The notes under the pieces were generated by a model. It did no database searches. It saw nothing but the letters and a program-made list of their open reading frames with translations, and was not told the DNA's origin. This document shows, in pieces, positions 9,362-19,169 of a stretch of DNA of 64,000 nt. Position 1 is the stretch's first letter. Each line of letters starts with the position of its first letter. Source of the DNA: an uncultured Tenacibaculum sp. (lineage in GTDB: Bacteria; Bacteroidota; Bacteroidia; Flavobacteriales; Flavobacteriaceae). The position numbers and the translations under genes were made by a program. The stretch lies in NCBI GenBank assembly GCA_947492185.1, contig CANLMR010000011.1, positions 12,002 through 76,001 on the forward strand, read 5' to 3'.

Positions 9362-10078
9362 TTAATTTAAAACAGTAATTGTCATCGGAATATCAACAAT
9401 AGGCCAATCGCTTCTTCCAGTTTTTACTTTTGAAATTTTTCTTACTGTTGAAAAACCTGAAATAACTTCACCAAAAACGGTGTAATCTCCATCTAAATGT
9501 GGAGCACCACGTTTACTACTGATAATATAAAAATTGAAAGGATTAGATTTTTTATATGGATTATAATCTAATTGGCGAGCTAAAGCTAACGAACCATAAA
9601 TATGTTTTCTTTTTTTAGACATTTCAGCCGGAATTCTATAATTTTTGTACTTGTTCTTTATATCTGTAGATTCTTGCCCATCAGATTCTCCTCCTTGAAT
9701 TGCCATATCTCCCGCTATTCTATGGAAAACTGTAGTGTCAAAGTATCCAATTTTAGAAAGAAAAACAAAACTAGCTCTATGCAAAGGAGTTTCGCTAAAC
9801 AAACGTAGTTTAATTGAACCAAATTTTGTTTTTATAACAACCTTATTTTCTTTGTTTTGCTTTCCATATTCAGTTAAAAAAGCAGTAACATTTTTATGAT
9901 TTAAACTATCCCAAGGTATTTCTTTTGGTTCTCCTTTAATTATCTTGGTTGTAACTGTATCTATCTTTTTTTGAATAACTTCTTTTGATGAAACTTTTTC
10001 CTCTTTTTTAGATTCCTCTTTGCAATTATAGATAACTAATAGAATTGATAGTATAACAAACGCTTTATGTAATTTCAT
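9362..10078 (-). CDS. Cyclophilin-type PPIase, probable lipoprotein
   Basis: FHRIAGDMAIQGG, HLDGDYTVFGEV; YNC lipobox-like. Confidence 0.88.
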   Translation of the reverse strand: MKLHKAFVILSILLVIYNCKEESKKEEKVSSKEVIQKKIDTVTTKIIKGEPKEIPWDSLNHKNVTAFLTEYGKQNKENKVVIKTKFGSIKLRLFSETPLHRASFVFLSKIGYFDTTVFHRIAGDMAIQGGESDGQESTDIKNKYKNYRIPAEMSKKRKHIYGSLALARQLDYNPYKKSNPFNFYIISSKRGAPHLDGDYTVFGEVISGFSTVRKISKVKTGRSDWPIVDIPMTITVLN

Positions 10079-10165
10079 AAAAATAATTTATTAGGAGAAC
10101 AAATATAGTTTATGTATCTATAAGAATCATTTATGAGTAATTTTTTGTTAGCGTTACTATTTTAG

Positions 10166-10173
10166 TACATTTG
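10166..10173 (+). promoter_or_regulatory. -7 element upstream of idi (near-leaderless)
   Basis: TAcaTTTG ends 7 nt before ATG at 10181. Confidence 0.6.
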
Positions 10174-10180
10174 TGTGCGT

Positions 10181-10711
10181 ATGGTAGAAAATGTAATTTT
10201 AGTTGATGAACAGGATAATGAAGTTGGGTTCATGGAGAAAATAGAAGCTCATGAAAGAGCAGTTTTGCATAGAGCTTTTTCTGTTTTTGTATTTAATGAT
10301 AATAATGAATTAATGCTTCAACAAAGAGCAAAAAGTAAATATCATTCTCCTTTGTTATGGACGAATACTTGTTGTTCTCATCAAAGAAAAGGAGAGTCAA
10401 ATATTTCAGCTGGTAAAAGACGTTTACAAGAAGAAATGGGATTTGTTTGTGAATTGGAAGAAGTATTTTCTTTTATTTATAAAGCTCCATTTGATAACGG
10501 ATTAACGGAACACGAACTAGATCATGTTATGATTGGAAGATATAATGATGAACCAATTATAAATCCAGATGAAGTAGAAAGCTTTAAATGGATGTCTTTA
10601 GAGGCAGTAAAAAATGATATTGCTGAGAATCCCAAAGAATACACAGCTTGGTTTAAAATAATTTTCGATAAATCTTACGAAAAAATCGCTAACTTTAATA
10701 GTAAAGAGTAA
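10181..10711 (+). CDS. idi: Isopentenyl-diphosphate delta-isomerase type 1
   Basis: LHRAFSVF, WTNTCCSH, EHELDHV; ATG at 10181 preferred over GTG at 10175. Confidence 0.96.
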   Translation: MVENVILVDEQDNEVGFMEKIEAHERAVLHRAFSVFVFNDNNELMLQQRAKSKYHSPLLWTNTCCSHQRKGESNISAGKRRLQEEMGFVCELEEVFSFIYKAPFDNGLTEHELDHVMIGRYNDEPIINPDEVESFKWMSLEAVKNDIAENPKEYTAWFKIIFDKSYEKIANFNSKE

Positions 10712-11125
10712 ATGCCTAGGGTTACTGTACATAGAAGAGCACATTTTAATTCAGCACACCGATTATATAGGAAAGATTGGTCTGATGAAAAGAATGCTGA
10801 AATATTTGGTAAATGTAGCAACCCAAATTTCCATGGTCATAATTATGAATTAGTTGTTTCTTTAACAGGTGAAATTGATAAGGAAACTGGTTATGTTTTT
10901 GATCTAGGAAAATTAAAAAAAATAATAAAAGAAGAGGTAGAAGAACCTTTTGATCATAAAAACCTAAATATTGAAGTTGAGGAATTTAAAAATTTAAACC
11001 CTACTGCTGAAAATATTTCTGTAGTAATTTATCATAAACTCCGTAGAATAATACCTAGTCATTTGGATATTGAAATTACGTTATACGAAACCCCAAGAAA
11101 CTTTGTAACCTATTCTGGTAAATAA
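10712..11125 (+). CDS. queD: 6-carboxytetrahydropterin / 6-pyruvoyl-tetrahydropterin synthase
   Basis: FNSAHRL, KCSNPNFHGHNY, PTAENI, YETP. Confidence 0.9.
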   Translation: MPRVTVHRRAHFNSAHRLYRKDWSDEKNAEIFGKCSNPNFHGHNYELVVSLTGEIDKETGYVFDLGKLKKIIKEEVEEPFDHKNLNIEVEEFKNLNPTAENISVVIYHKLRRIIPSHLDIEITLYETPRNFVTYSGK

Positions 11126-12106
11126 ATGCAAAAACTAAATCAATTTATAAAGTTCGAACCTATATTAAAGGAAAAGATTTGGGGAGGAAAAAAACTCTCA
11201 AGTCTTTTACATAAACAATCTAATAAAGATAACATAGGAGAAAGTTGGGAAGTTTCAGATGTTGAGGGAGATACATCAATTGTTTCTAATGGGATTTTAA
11301 AAGGGAAAAGTTTAAAAGAACTTATAACTCTTTTTAAAGGAGATTTAGTTGGAGAAAAAGTTTTTAAAGATTTCAAATATAAATTTCCTCTACTTATAAA
11401 ATTTATAGATGCTAAAGAAGCATTAAGTATTCAATTACATCCTAATGATGAATTAGCACAGAAACGCCATAATTCTTTTGGGAAAACTGAAATGTGGTAT
11501 GTTATGCAATCTGATGATAAAGCGAATTTAATTGTTGGTTTTCAAAAGGATAGTACAAAAGAAGAATATCTTCATCATTTAGAAAACAAATCACTTTTGG
11601 ATATTTTAAATGTTGACGAAGTGAGTAAAGGTGACGTGTATTTTATTCCAACTGGTAGAGTACATGCTATTGGAGCTGGAGTTTTATTAGCAGAAATACA
11701 ACAAACTTCAGATATTACGTATCGCGTTTATGATTGGGATAGACAGGATGATCAAGGAAATTATAGGGACCTTCATACAGACTTGGCTATAGATGCAATA
11801 GATTTTAAAGCGAAAAGTAACTATAGAACTATGTATAGAAAACAAGAAAACATTTCTTCTGAGATTGTTTCTTGCCCTTACTTCACTACGAATGTGCTAC
11901 CAATAAATGGAGATATTTTAGTTAATCATAATGATAAAGACAGTTTTGTAATTTATATGTGTGTTGAAGGTAAAGCGCATTTCTCATTAGCTGATGAAAA
12001 TGAAACAATACAAGTGGGTGAAACCATTTTAGTACCAGCTTCTTTAAAAGAGTTTAGGATTAGTTCTTCAGTAAAATCAGAGCTTCTAGAGGTGTATATA
12101 AAGTAA
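11126..12106 (+). CDS. manA: Type I mannose-6-phosphate isomerase
   Basis: KIWGG, ESWE, PLLIKFIDA..LSIQLHP, KTEMWY, EIQQTSDITYR. Confidence 0.92.
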   Translation: MQKLNQFIKFEPILKEKIWGGKKLSSLLHKQSNKDNIGESWEVSDVEGDTSIVSNGILKGKSLKELITLFKGDLVGEKVFKDFKYKFPLLIKFIDAKEALSIQLHPNDELAQKRHNSFGKTEMWYVMQSDDKANLIVGFQKDSTKEEYLHHLENKSLLDILNVDEVSKGDVYFIPTGRVHAIGAGVLLAEIQQTSDITYRVYDWDRQDDQGNYRDLHTDLAIDAIDFKAKSNYRTMYRKQENISSEIVSCPYFTTNVLPINGDILVNHNDKDSFVIYMCVEGKAHFSLADENETIQVGETILVPASLKEFRISSSVKSELLEVYIK

Positions 12107-12139
12107 AAAGCTCGAAGCTTTTTATGTCCCCGAGCTTTT
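12106..12139 (+). terminator. Intrinsic terminator
   Basis: aaaagctcg...cgagctttt followed by T-run. Confidence 0.55.
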
Positions 12140-12286
12140 TAACAAACAAACCAAATTAACTTACAAAAGAATCTATTCAAACTTAAAAAGTTTAGAATTA
12201 GTCACAAAACCAACTCCATATTATAAATGTTAAAGTTTTACCTTTTTAACATTTATTCAAAGCTATTTTCAGAATATGTAAATATG

Positions 12287-12294
12287 TATCTTTG
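12287..12294 (+). promoter_or_regulatory. -7 element upstream of kdsB
   Basis: TAtcTTTG. Confidence 0.6.
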
Positions 12295-12315
12295 AGGTAT
12301 TCTAATTGAAGTTTT

Positions 12316-13053
12316 ATGAAGATCATTGCGATGATTCCGGCACGATATAATGCCAGTCGATTTCCAGGAAAATTATTAAAAGATTTAGGAGGAAAATCAG
12401 TAATTGTGAGAACGTATGAAAGTGCTTTACAAACAAATTTGTTTGATGAAGTATATGTAGTAACGGACTCTGATGTGATTTTTAAGGAAATTGAAAAAGT
12501 AGGAGGAAAGGTAATTATGAGTAAAAAAGAACACGATTGTGGTTCTGATCGTATTGCTGAGGCTGTTGAAGGAATGGATGTAGATATCGTTATAAATGTT
12601 CAAGGAGATGAACCTTTTATTGATAAAGTATCTTTAGAAAAGTTAATAGAGGCCTTTAAATTAGATATCAAAAATGAAATTGATTTGGCTTCATTGAAGG
12701 TTAAAATGAATACTCAGGAAGAAATTGAAAATCCTAATAACGTAAAAGTAATTACGGATATAAATGATTTTGCAATTTATTTTTCTAGATCTGTAATTCC
12801 TTTTCATAGAGATCAAAGTATAAAGGCTACTTATTTTAAACATAAAGGAGTTTATGCGTTTAGAAAAAAAGCATTGATGGATTTTTATAATACTCCAATG
12901 ACTCCTTTAGAAGCAGTTGAAAAAATTGAAGCTATTCGATATCTTGAAGTTGGGAAGAAAATAAAAATGATTGAGACTTCGGTAGAATCAATAGGAATTG
13001 ATACACCAGAAGATTTAGAGAAAGCAGTTAAACTATTTGAAGATGAAGTATAA
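12316..13053 (+). CDS. kdsB: CMP-KDO synthetase
   Basis: [48 protein letters not shown]. Confidence 0.95.
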   Translation: MKIIAMIPARYNASRFPGKLLKDLGGKSVIVRTYESALQTNLFDEVYVVTDSDVIFKEIEKVGGKVIMSKKEHDCGSDRIAEAVEGMDVDIVINVQGDEPFIDKVSLEKLIEAFKLDIKNEIDLASLKVKMNTQEEIENPNNVKVITDINDFAIYFSRSVIPFHRDQSIKATYFKHKGVYAFRKKALMDFYNTPMTPLEAVEKIEAIRYLEVGKKIKMIETSVESIGIDTPEDLEKAVKLFEDEV

Positions 13054-13738
13054 GAATATAAAAGTTATAGCCTTTGATGCTGATGATACTTTATGGGTGA
13101 ACGAAACGTATTTTAGAGATGCGGAAAAAGAGTTTGCACAATTGCTAAATGACTATGAAACTGAAAATAAAATTCACCAAGAATTGTTTAAGAAAGAAAT
13201 AGAAAATCTTAAACTCTACGGCTATGGTGTAAAAGGTTTTATGTTGTCTATGATAGAGTGTGCTTTAGAATTATCTAATAATCAACTAGACAATAAACAG
13301 ATCAATAAGATTTTAGATATTGGTAAGGATATGTTAGAAAAACCAATTGAATTATTGAATGGAGTAGAAGAGGTTTTACAATCTTTGCATGGGAAATATA
13401 AATTAATTGTTGCTACAAAAGGAGATCTTTTAGATCAGGAAAGAAAATTAGATAAATCTGGGATATTAAAATATTTTCATCACTTAGAAGTTATGAGTGA
13501 AAAAAAAGTGCCTGATTATCATAAATTAATAGGTCATTTAGATATTGATCCTTCAGAATTATTAATGGTAGGTAATTCGTTAAAATCAGATGTTTTACCA
13601 TTATTAGAAATAGGAGCATCAGCAATTCATATTCCGTTTCATACCACATGGGCACATGAAATGGTTAGTGAAAAACAAGCAGAGTCTAAAGACTTTAAAA
13701 CTTTATCTAATATTAAAGAAATCTTAGGATACTTATAA
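13037..13738 (+). CDS. HAD family hydrolase
   Basis: [22 protein letters not shown]. Confidence 0.9.
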   Translation: MKMKYKNIKVIAFDADDTLWVNETYFRDAEKEFAQLLNDYETENKIHQELFKKEIENLKLYGYGVKGFMLSMIECALELSNNQLDNKQINKILDIGKDMLEKPIELLNGVEEVLQSLHGKYKLIVATKGDLLDQERKLDKSGILKYFHHLEVMSEKKVPDYHKLIGHLDIDPSELLMVGNSLKSDVLPLLEIGASAIHIPFHTTWAHEMVSEKQAESKDFKTLSNIKEILGYL

Positions 13739-14367
13739 TGAAAAAGTACTTAGATATTGATTCGTGGAATAGAAAAGAGTTATACTTACACTTTAAAACT
13801 CTTTCTGATCCAACTTTTGCAATTACAGCTAATGTAGATGTAACTAAAGCTTATAATTTTGCCTCTAAAAGAAATGAATCATTCTTTACTATTTATTTAC
13901 ATACTTGTTTAAAAGCACTAAATTCAATAGAGAATTTTAAATATAGAATAGAAGAAGATAAGATTGCTATTTATGATACAATACATGCTTCGGCAACAAT
14001 TTTAAGAGAAGATAAAACGTTTGGTTTCTCTTTTATTGAGTTTGATGAAGATTTAAAAGTCTTTAATGCTAATTTCTTGGAAGAAAAGAATCGAATACTC
14101 AATTCAGAGAACTTATTTCCTCCTAAATATTCTTTAGGATGTATTCATTGTTCTGCAATTCCATGGGTTCACTTTATTGGACATAAAGAACCGGTTTCAG
14201 GCAATAAAAATGATGGTGTACCTCAATTAGCATTTGGGAAAATAAAAAAAGAAGAAAAGCAAATAATGATGCCAGTAGCAATAAATGTTAATCATGCTTT
14301 GGTAGATGGTTATCATATTGGTCAGTTTTTTGAAAATTTTCAGACCGAATTAGATAAATTGACTTAA
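13738..14367 (+). CDS. CatA-like O-acetyltransferase
   Basis: WNRKELYLHF, SAIPWVHF, NHALVDGYH (CAT active-site-like). Confidence 0.88.
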   Translation: MKKYLDIDSWNRKELYLHFKTLSDPTFAITANVDVTKAYNFASKRNESFFTIYLHTCLKALNSIENFKYRIEEDKIAIYDTIHASATILREDKTFGFSFIEFDEDLKVFNANFLEEKNRILNSENLFPPKYSLGCIHCSAIPWVHFIGHKEPVSGNKNDGVPQLAFGKIKKEEKQIMMPVAINVNHALVDGYHIGQFFENFQTELDKLT

Positions 14368-14387
14368 TTTTGCATAAAAATATAATT

Positions 14388-14654
14388 ATGGCTAGTGTTA
14401 AAAATTTAAAAAAAGACATCAACTATACCTTAGGAGACTTGTATGATATTTGTGTTTTGAACTCTAATTTAAATCCAAAGATTGATTCTAAAAAAACTGA
14501 TGAATTAATAGAAGAGTTATTTACAATTCATGATGAGTTAATTTCTAAGATTCATGTTAAAGATGTTGATAATAAAAAAGCTCATTTTAAATCAGTTAAT
14601 AAAGAATTAGAAACAAGAGCTACAGCTTTTATAGACAAGCTAAACGCTTTATAA
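14388..14654 (+). CDS. Conserved hypothetical helical protein
   Basis: MASVKNLKKDINYTLG...; ATG 14388 follows TAatTTTG at 14365-14372. Confidence 0.75.
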   Translation: MASVKNLKKDINYTLGDLYDICVLNSNLNPKIDSKKTDELIEELFTIHDELISKIHVKDVDNKKAHFKSVNKELETRATAFIDKLNAL

Positions 14655-14676
14655 AATGCAATGATTTGCGTATGAA

Positions 14677-14703
14677 AAGTCAATTTTATTAACAAATTGA
14701 CTT
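14677..14703 (+). terminator. Intrinsic terminator
   Basis: aagtcaattt-tattaac-aaattgactt plus long T-run. Confidence 0.6.
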
Positions 14704-14775
14704 TTTTTTTGCTATAATTTTAACAAAAGGTATAAAACATTTTTGTATATTTAAGCGTAATTTTAATTCCCTATT

Positions 14776-14979
14776 ATGCCAAGAGCAATGTTCGAGTATA
14801 CCAAAGTTGTACTCCAAAAAGTTAGCTTTAATGCTGAATTGTTTTGTAAAGAACTTGAAAAGGCTGTAAACAGATTATTACCATACGAAGTAGATGAGCT
14901 AGTAATTTGGTTAAAAAGATTTACAGCGAATAAGCCAGAACTCTATATGTGTATGGCTGTAGTAAAAAATAATAAATAA
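14776..14979 (+). CDS. Small conserved hypothetical protein (67 aa)
   Basis: YTKVVLQKVSFNAELFCKELEKA..LLPYE; followed by a terminator. Confidence 0.7.
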   Translation: MPRAMFEYTKVVLQKVSFNAELFCKELEKAVNRLLPYEVDELVIWLKRFTANKPELYMCMAVVKNNK

Positions 14980-14984
14980 CAAAA

Positions 14985-15016
14985 AATAAAGGAGCATTTT
15001 TAAATGCTCCTTTATT
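14985..15016. terminator. Bidirectional terminator
   Basis: aataaaggagcattt / aaatgctcctttatt between convergent genes. Confidence 0.75.
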
Positions 15017-15018
15017 TT

Positions 15019-15492
15019 TTATTGTCTTCTATTTCTAAAACCTTTAACGTTTTTTCTTCGATTTTTCCATTTTTCCATTAATCTCCTATTGAATTCATGT
15101 TCTGCAATTTCTAATAATAAAACCTTTTTTGCAGGTAAGAAACGAACTAAATCATTATGAAAATTAATTTTATTATCATATTGTGCTTTACGAATTTCTT
15201 GGAATATAGATAAATACTTTTCCGCATCTTTATCACTTATACTTTCTATACCACCAGAAGCTTTTACCTTACGACGTATTTCTTCTTTTTCTCTTTTTAA
15301 GAGATTAAATTTAGTTTTCTCATATTTATTATAAAGTGGCCAAAATTTTTCGGCTTCATCTTCACTTAAATTAAGTTTCTCCGTAATAAAAGCAATCTTT
15401 AAAGCTTTTATTTTAGGATTTGCTGGCCCACGTTGAGCTATAGCTTTATGTGTTATAAAGCATAATGTAATTAAAAGTAGTATTCTCTTCAT
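15019..15492 (-). CDS. Periplasmic Spy/CpxP-like helical protein of an ECF locus
   Basis: Signal peptide (AIAQ); KIAFITEKLNLSEDEAEKFWPLYNKY; true start likely 15492 or 15507. Confidence 0.7.
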   Translation of the reverse strand: MKRILLLITLCFITHKAIAQRGPANPKIKALKIAFITEKLNLSEDEAEKFWPLYNKYEKTKFNLLKREKEEIRRKVKASGGIESISDKDAEKYLSIFQEIRKAQYDNKINFHNDLVRFLPAKKVLLLEIAEHEFNRRLMEKWKNRRKNVKGFRNRRQ

Positions 15493-15535
15493 TTGCGTAT
15501 TCTTCATTTTGCAAAAATAAACTTTTGCTATTTTG

Positions 15536-16168
15536 TTATTCTTCTTCTTCAAAATCAATTAAAGTAGAAGTATCAATTGTATTAAAATATTCTTCTATTG
15601 TATCATCATTTACATTATCAGATAAATTATCTTCCGAAAAATCATCAGTAGTAAATAACATTGCTAATTCATAAGAATTAGTATCTCCATATCCATTCTC
15701 AAACCAATCATCTAATTCAGCAATAGTAACTTCTCCAGATTCGATTGGAATAATAAAGTAAGTAGCAATAAATAGTAAAATTGAAGCTGCTGCAGCTACA
15801 GGAATATATTTGCGAATTCTTTTAGATAAAGAAATTACTTTAATCTCTTTATCACTTTCTTGTTCATTTTTAATTTTATTTAAAATAGAATCTTCAAGCG
15901 AATCAAAATAACCTTCTGGAACACCACCTATATTTGTTTTATTAGGTAAACTTATTTCAGGAATTCGTTCTAAAAGATCATCTTCTAATTCGTTAAAATA
16001 ATTTTGTGGAGTAGAAAACCCATTAAAATCTGGAAGATTCGCAGTTGCTTTTTTACTAACGATTTCTGATTCTAATTCATTAAAATAGTCTTCGGGTACA
16101 GAAAAACCATGGTGTTTACCAACCTTATAGTTTAAAAACTCAATACTATTTTTTAAATTATTTTCCAT
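15536..16168 (-). CDS. Putative anti-sigma factor
   Basis: Repeated F.VPEDYF / VPEGYF motifs, one TM helix, directly downstream of ECF sigma. Confidence 0.7.
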   Translation of the reverse strand: MENNLKNSIEFLNYKVGKHHGFSVPEDYFNELESEIVSKKATANLPDFNGFSTPQNYFNELEDDLLERIPEISLPNKTNIGGVPEGYFDSLEDSILNKIKNEQESDKEIKVISLSKRIRKYIPVAAAASILLFIATYFIIPIESGEVTIAELDDWFENGYGDTNSYELAMLFTTDDFSEDNLSDNVNDDTIEEYFNTIDTSTLIDFEEEE

Positions 16169-16203
16169 CTCTATTTGTTAAGACTCTATTTTTTTAAAAA
16201 GGT

Positions 16204-16749
16204 TTAATTATAGGTTTTTATAAATGTTTCTATTTTTTTAACAGCATGAAAGTACGATGCTTTCAATGCTCCTACAGAAGTTTCTAATACTTCTGAAATT
16301 TCATTGTATTTCATATCATCAAAATACTTCATATTAAACACTAATTGTTGTTTTTGAGGAAGTGTTGCAATAGCTTTCTGAAGAATAATTTGAATTTCTT
16401 CACCTGAAAACCAATCATCACTTTTTAAGTTTGAAACAACTTGTTGTTTATAATCTGAAATATCTACATTTTGTTGTTTAGCTTTTTTATTTAAAAAAGT
16501 AATTGCTTCGTTTGTTGCAATCCGATACATCCATGAATATAACTTACTATCACCTTTGAAATTGTCTATATTTCTAAAGACTTTAATAAATGTATTTTGT
16601 AAAACATCATCAGTATCATCATGCACAATCACAATCTTTCTTATATGCCAATATAATCGTTCTTTATACTGAGTAATAAGATTACGAAATGCTGCTTCTT
16701 TCGTAGCAGTATTTTGTAATTGTAAAACAAGTGTAGTCTCTTCAGTCAA
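16204..16749 (-). CDS. ECF sigma factor
   Basis: DDVLQNTFIKVF, SWMYRIATNEA, LPQKQQLVF, SVGALKASY; TTG start. Confidence 0.93.
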   Translation of the reverse strand: MTEETTLVLQLQNTATKEAAFRNLITQYKERLYWHIRKIVIVHDDTDDVLQNTFIKVFRNIDNFKGDSKLYSWMYRIATNEAITFLNKKAKQQNVDISDYKQQVVSNLKSDDWFSGEEIQIILQKAIATLPQKQQLVFNMKYFDDMKYNEISEVLETSVGALKASYFHAVKKIETFIKTYN

Positions 16750-16806
16750 ATGAATAGTTTTTCATTATGACTATAAATTTAAGAAAAGGTTTAATTAAAA
16801 ATAGAA

Positions 16807-18246
16807 TTATTTTCTTCTACTACAACCAAACAACCTTTTTTCTTTGATTACTTCAGGAATTCCAGTAGGAAGCATTTCTTCCCATCCTTCTTCACCTTGT
16901 TTAATCATTTTTAATACTGATCTAGAGAAGATATGAAGTATGTCTTGATCAAAATCCTGAATGTCAACAACTCTACCGTTGTTTTTGAAGAACTTGTATA
17001 GTTCTTTCATTCTAGGATGTACTTTTAAGTTTTCAGAATTGATAAATTTATTTGATTCTTCCTCTTTATATGGATACATATAAATTTTTAAATCTTTGTA
17101 AAATAACTTACCAAAAGCTTCTAAAATTCCTCCACTAATATGTCGGTAATACTTTTCATCAAAAATTTGAATTAAGTTATTTACTCCCATAGCTAGTGCC
17201 ATTCTTTCTTTTGTAAATTCACTAAAATATTCTACTAACCTATAATACTCTTGGTAATTGGTTATCATTACATTTTGACCAAGTGAGCATAAAAGCTCTG
17301 CTCTATCTAAGAAATCACGTTCGTTAATTTCACCTTCAGCACGTAAATTACTTAATGTAATCTCGAAAATTATTTGTGTTTTATCAGGATCTACTTTCTT
17401 TTCTTTAAAGAACATTTTTTTAGACTGTTCATACATATCCATATTCACTTTCGTTACAGGCCTAAAACTACCACGAAGTGCTAAAATGTTTTTTTTGTAT
17501 AAAACTTGTGCAGGTAATAAGTTGTTTCCATCAGGACCAAACATTACGGCATTTGTCATTCCGTTTTTAACAAGTTGTAAACTCATTAAACGATTATCAA
17601 CGTAGGTAAATCTAGGACCAGAGAAATTAATCATATCAATTTCTAATTTATCCTCATCAATATTATCGTAGAAAGACTTTAATAGTTCTTTTGGATTATC
17701 ATTTAGATAGAAAGCACCATAAATTAAATTTACACCTAATATTCCTAAAGTTTCTTGTTGTAAACGAGCTTCAGTTTCCTTGAAACGTAAGTGTAAAATA
17801 ATTTCATTATAATCTTCTAAAGGATCTAATTGAAAACGAATTCCAATCCAACCATGTCCTTTAAATTTTTTTGTAAAGTTTATTGTTGCTACTGTATTCG
17901 CATAACTAAAGAATAATTTTTCAGGATGTTTTTGACGGTCTAACCTATCTTCAATTAGATTCATCTCATGTTTTAACATCTTTTTTAATCTATCTTCAGT
18001 TACATAACGTCTGTCAGTTTCTATACCATAAATAGCATCAGAGAAATCTTTATCATAAGCACTCATTGCTTTTGCAATAGTTCCAGAAGCTCCACCAGCT
18101 CTAAAGAAATTACGTACAGTTTCTTGTCCAGCTCCAATCTCTGCAAATGTTCCGTAGATATTTGCATTTAGGTTAATTCTTAGCGCTTTATTTTTTGTAG
18201 TAGGCACACTACTAATTTTTTGATCTCCCTTTAAGGTAATTGCCAT
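16807..18246 (-). CDS. Conserved protein with CinA/PncC-like N-terminus and nucleotidyltransferase-like C-terminus (function uncertain)
   Basis: AEIGAGQETV..GGASGTIAKAMSAY; LRGSFRPVT; no signal peptide or barrel features. Confidence 0.6.
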   Translation of the reverse strand: MAITLKGDQKISSVPTTKNKALRINLNANIYGTFAEIGAGQETVRNFFRAGGASGTIAKAMSAYDKDFSDAIYGIETDRRYVTEDRLKKMLKHEMNLIEDRLDRQKHPEKLFFSYANTVATINFTKKFKGHGWIGIRFQLDPLEDYNEIILHLRFKETEARLQQETLGILGVNLIYGAFYLNDNPKELLKSFYDNIDEDKLEIDMINFSGPRFTYVDNRLMSLQLVKNGMTNAVMFGPDGNNLLPAQVLYKKNILALRGSFRPVTKVNMDMYEQSKKMFFKEKKVDPDKTQIIFEITLSNLRAEGEINERDFLDRAELLCSLGQNVMITNYQEYYRLVEYFSEFTKERMALAMGVNNLIQIFDEKYYRHISGGILEAFGKLFYKDLKIYMYPYKEEESNKFINSENLKVHPRMKELYKFFKNNGRVVDIQDFDQDILHIFSRSVLKMIKQGEEGWEEMLPTGIPEVIKEKRLFGCSRRK

Positions 18247-18329
18247 TTATAGTTGTTTTTGTTTACGTAGAACAAATGTACAGAAAATAGCAAGTAATAG
18301 TCAATATTTATCTTATTTTTGTGAAAAGA

Positions 18330-19151
18330 ATGAGTCAAAAAAAGCAATTAAAAATAACGTTTTTAGGAACCGCCACTTCTACTGGTGTTCCAATGATTTC
18401 AAGTAAAAATCCTGTTCGATATTCTGAAGACAAAAGAGATAAGCGTTTAAGAGCTTCAGTTGTAATTTCTTGGGATGATAATAATTATGTAATTGATTGT
18501 GGTCCAGATTTCAGACAGCAAATGTTAAGAGCTAATATAGAATCAATCAAGGCAATTTTATTTACACATGAACATGCTGATCATATTGCTGGATTTGATG
18601 AGATACGCCCGTATTATTATCAAATGGGACCAGTTCCAATATATTCTGATGAAAGAGTTTTAAAAGCTTTAGAAAGACGATATGAATATATTTTCACAAA
18701 AGAAAATAGATATCCATCTGCACCAGCTGTAAATCCAACAGTAATAAATCACAAAGATAAATTAACTTTTGATGGGGTAGAGGTAATTCCAATTAAAGTG
18801 ATGCATGGAGATTTACCTATTTTGGGTTATCGATTTGGTGATGTGGCTTATTTGACTGATGTAAAATATATTCCAGAAGAAGAAAAAGAAAAGTTAAAAG
18901 GATTAGATGTTTTAATTACCACAGCTTTACGAAAAGAATCTCATAAAACTCACGCTAATTTAGAAGAAGCACTAGAATTAGTTAAAGAATTAAAACCTAA
19001 GAGAGCATATTTTACTCATATTAGTGAATTGCTTGGATTTCATGCAGAAATAGAAAAAGACTTACCAGAGAATGTGTTCTTGGCTTATGATGAATTAGAA
19101 ATTACTTCTTATCTAAATAAAAAAGCTACCAGAATTCCTGATAGCTTTTAA
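18330..19151 (+). CDS. MBL-fold metallohydrolase, PhnP/YycJ-like
   Basis: FLGTATSTGVP, IDCGPDFRQQ, THEHADH, THISE, LAYD. Confidence 0.9.
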   Translation: MSQKKQLKITFLGTATSTGVPMISSKNPVRYSEDKRDKRLRASVVISWDDNNYVIDCGPDFRQQMLRANIESIKAILFTHEHADHIAGFDEIRPYYYQMGPVPIYSDERVLKALERRYEYIFTKENRYPSAPAVNPTVINHKDKLTFDGVEVIPIKVMHGDLPILGYRFGDVAYLTDVKYIPEEEKEKLKGLDVLITTALRKESHKTHANLEEALELVKELKPKRAYFTHISELLGFHAEIEKDLPENVFLAYDELEITSYLNKKATRIPDSF

Positions 19152-19169
19152 AAAAAATATTTTTATTTA

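Noticed and set aside
13738-14367. Acquired chloramphenicol resistance gene
   Set aside because: Embedded in a core operon, same base composition, no mobile element; only family-level similarity
16807-18246. TonB-dependent receptor (a label sometimes given to this family)
   Set aside because: No signal peptide, plug motif, beta-strand pattern or terminal Phe
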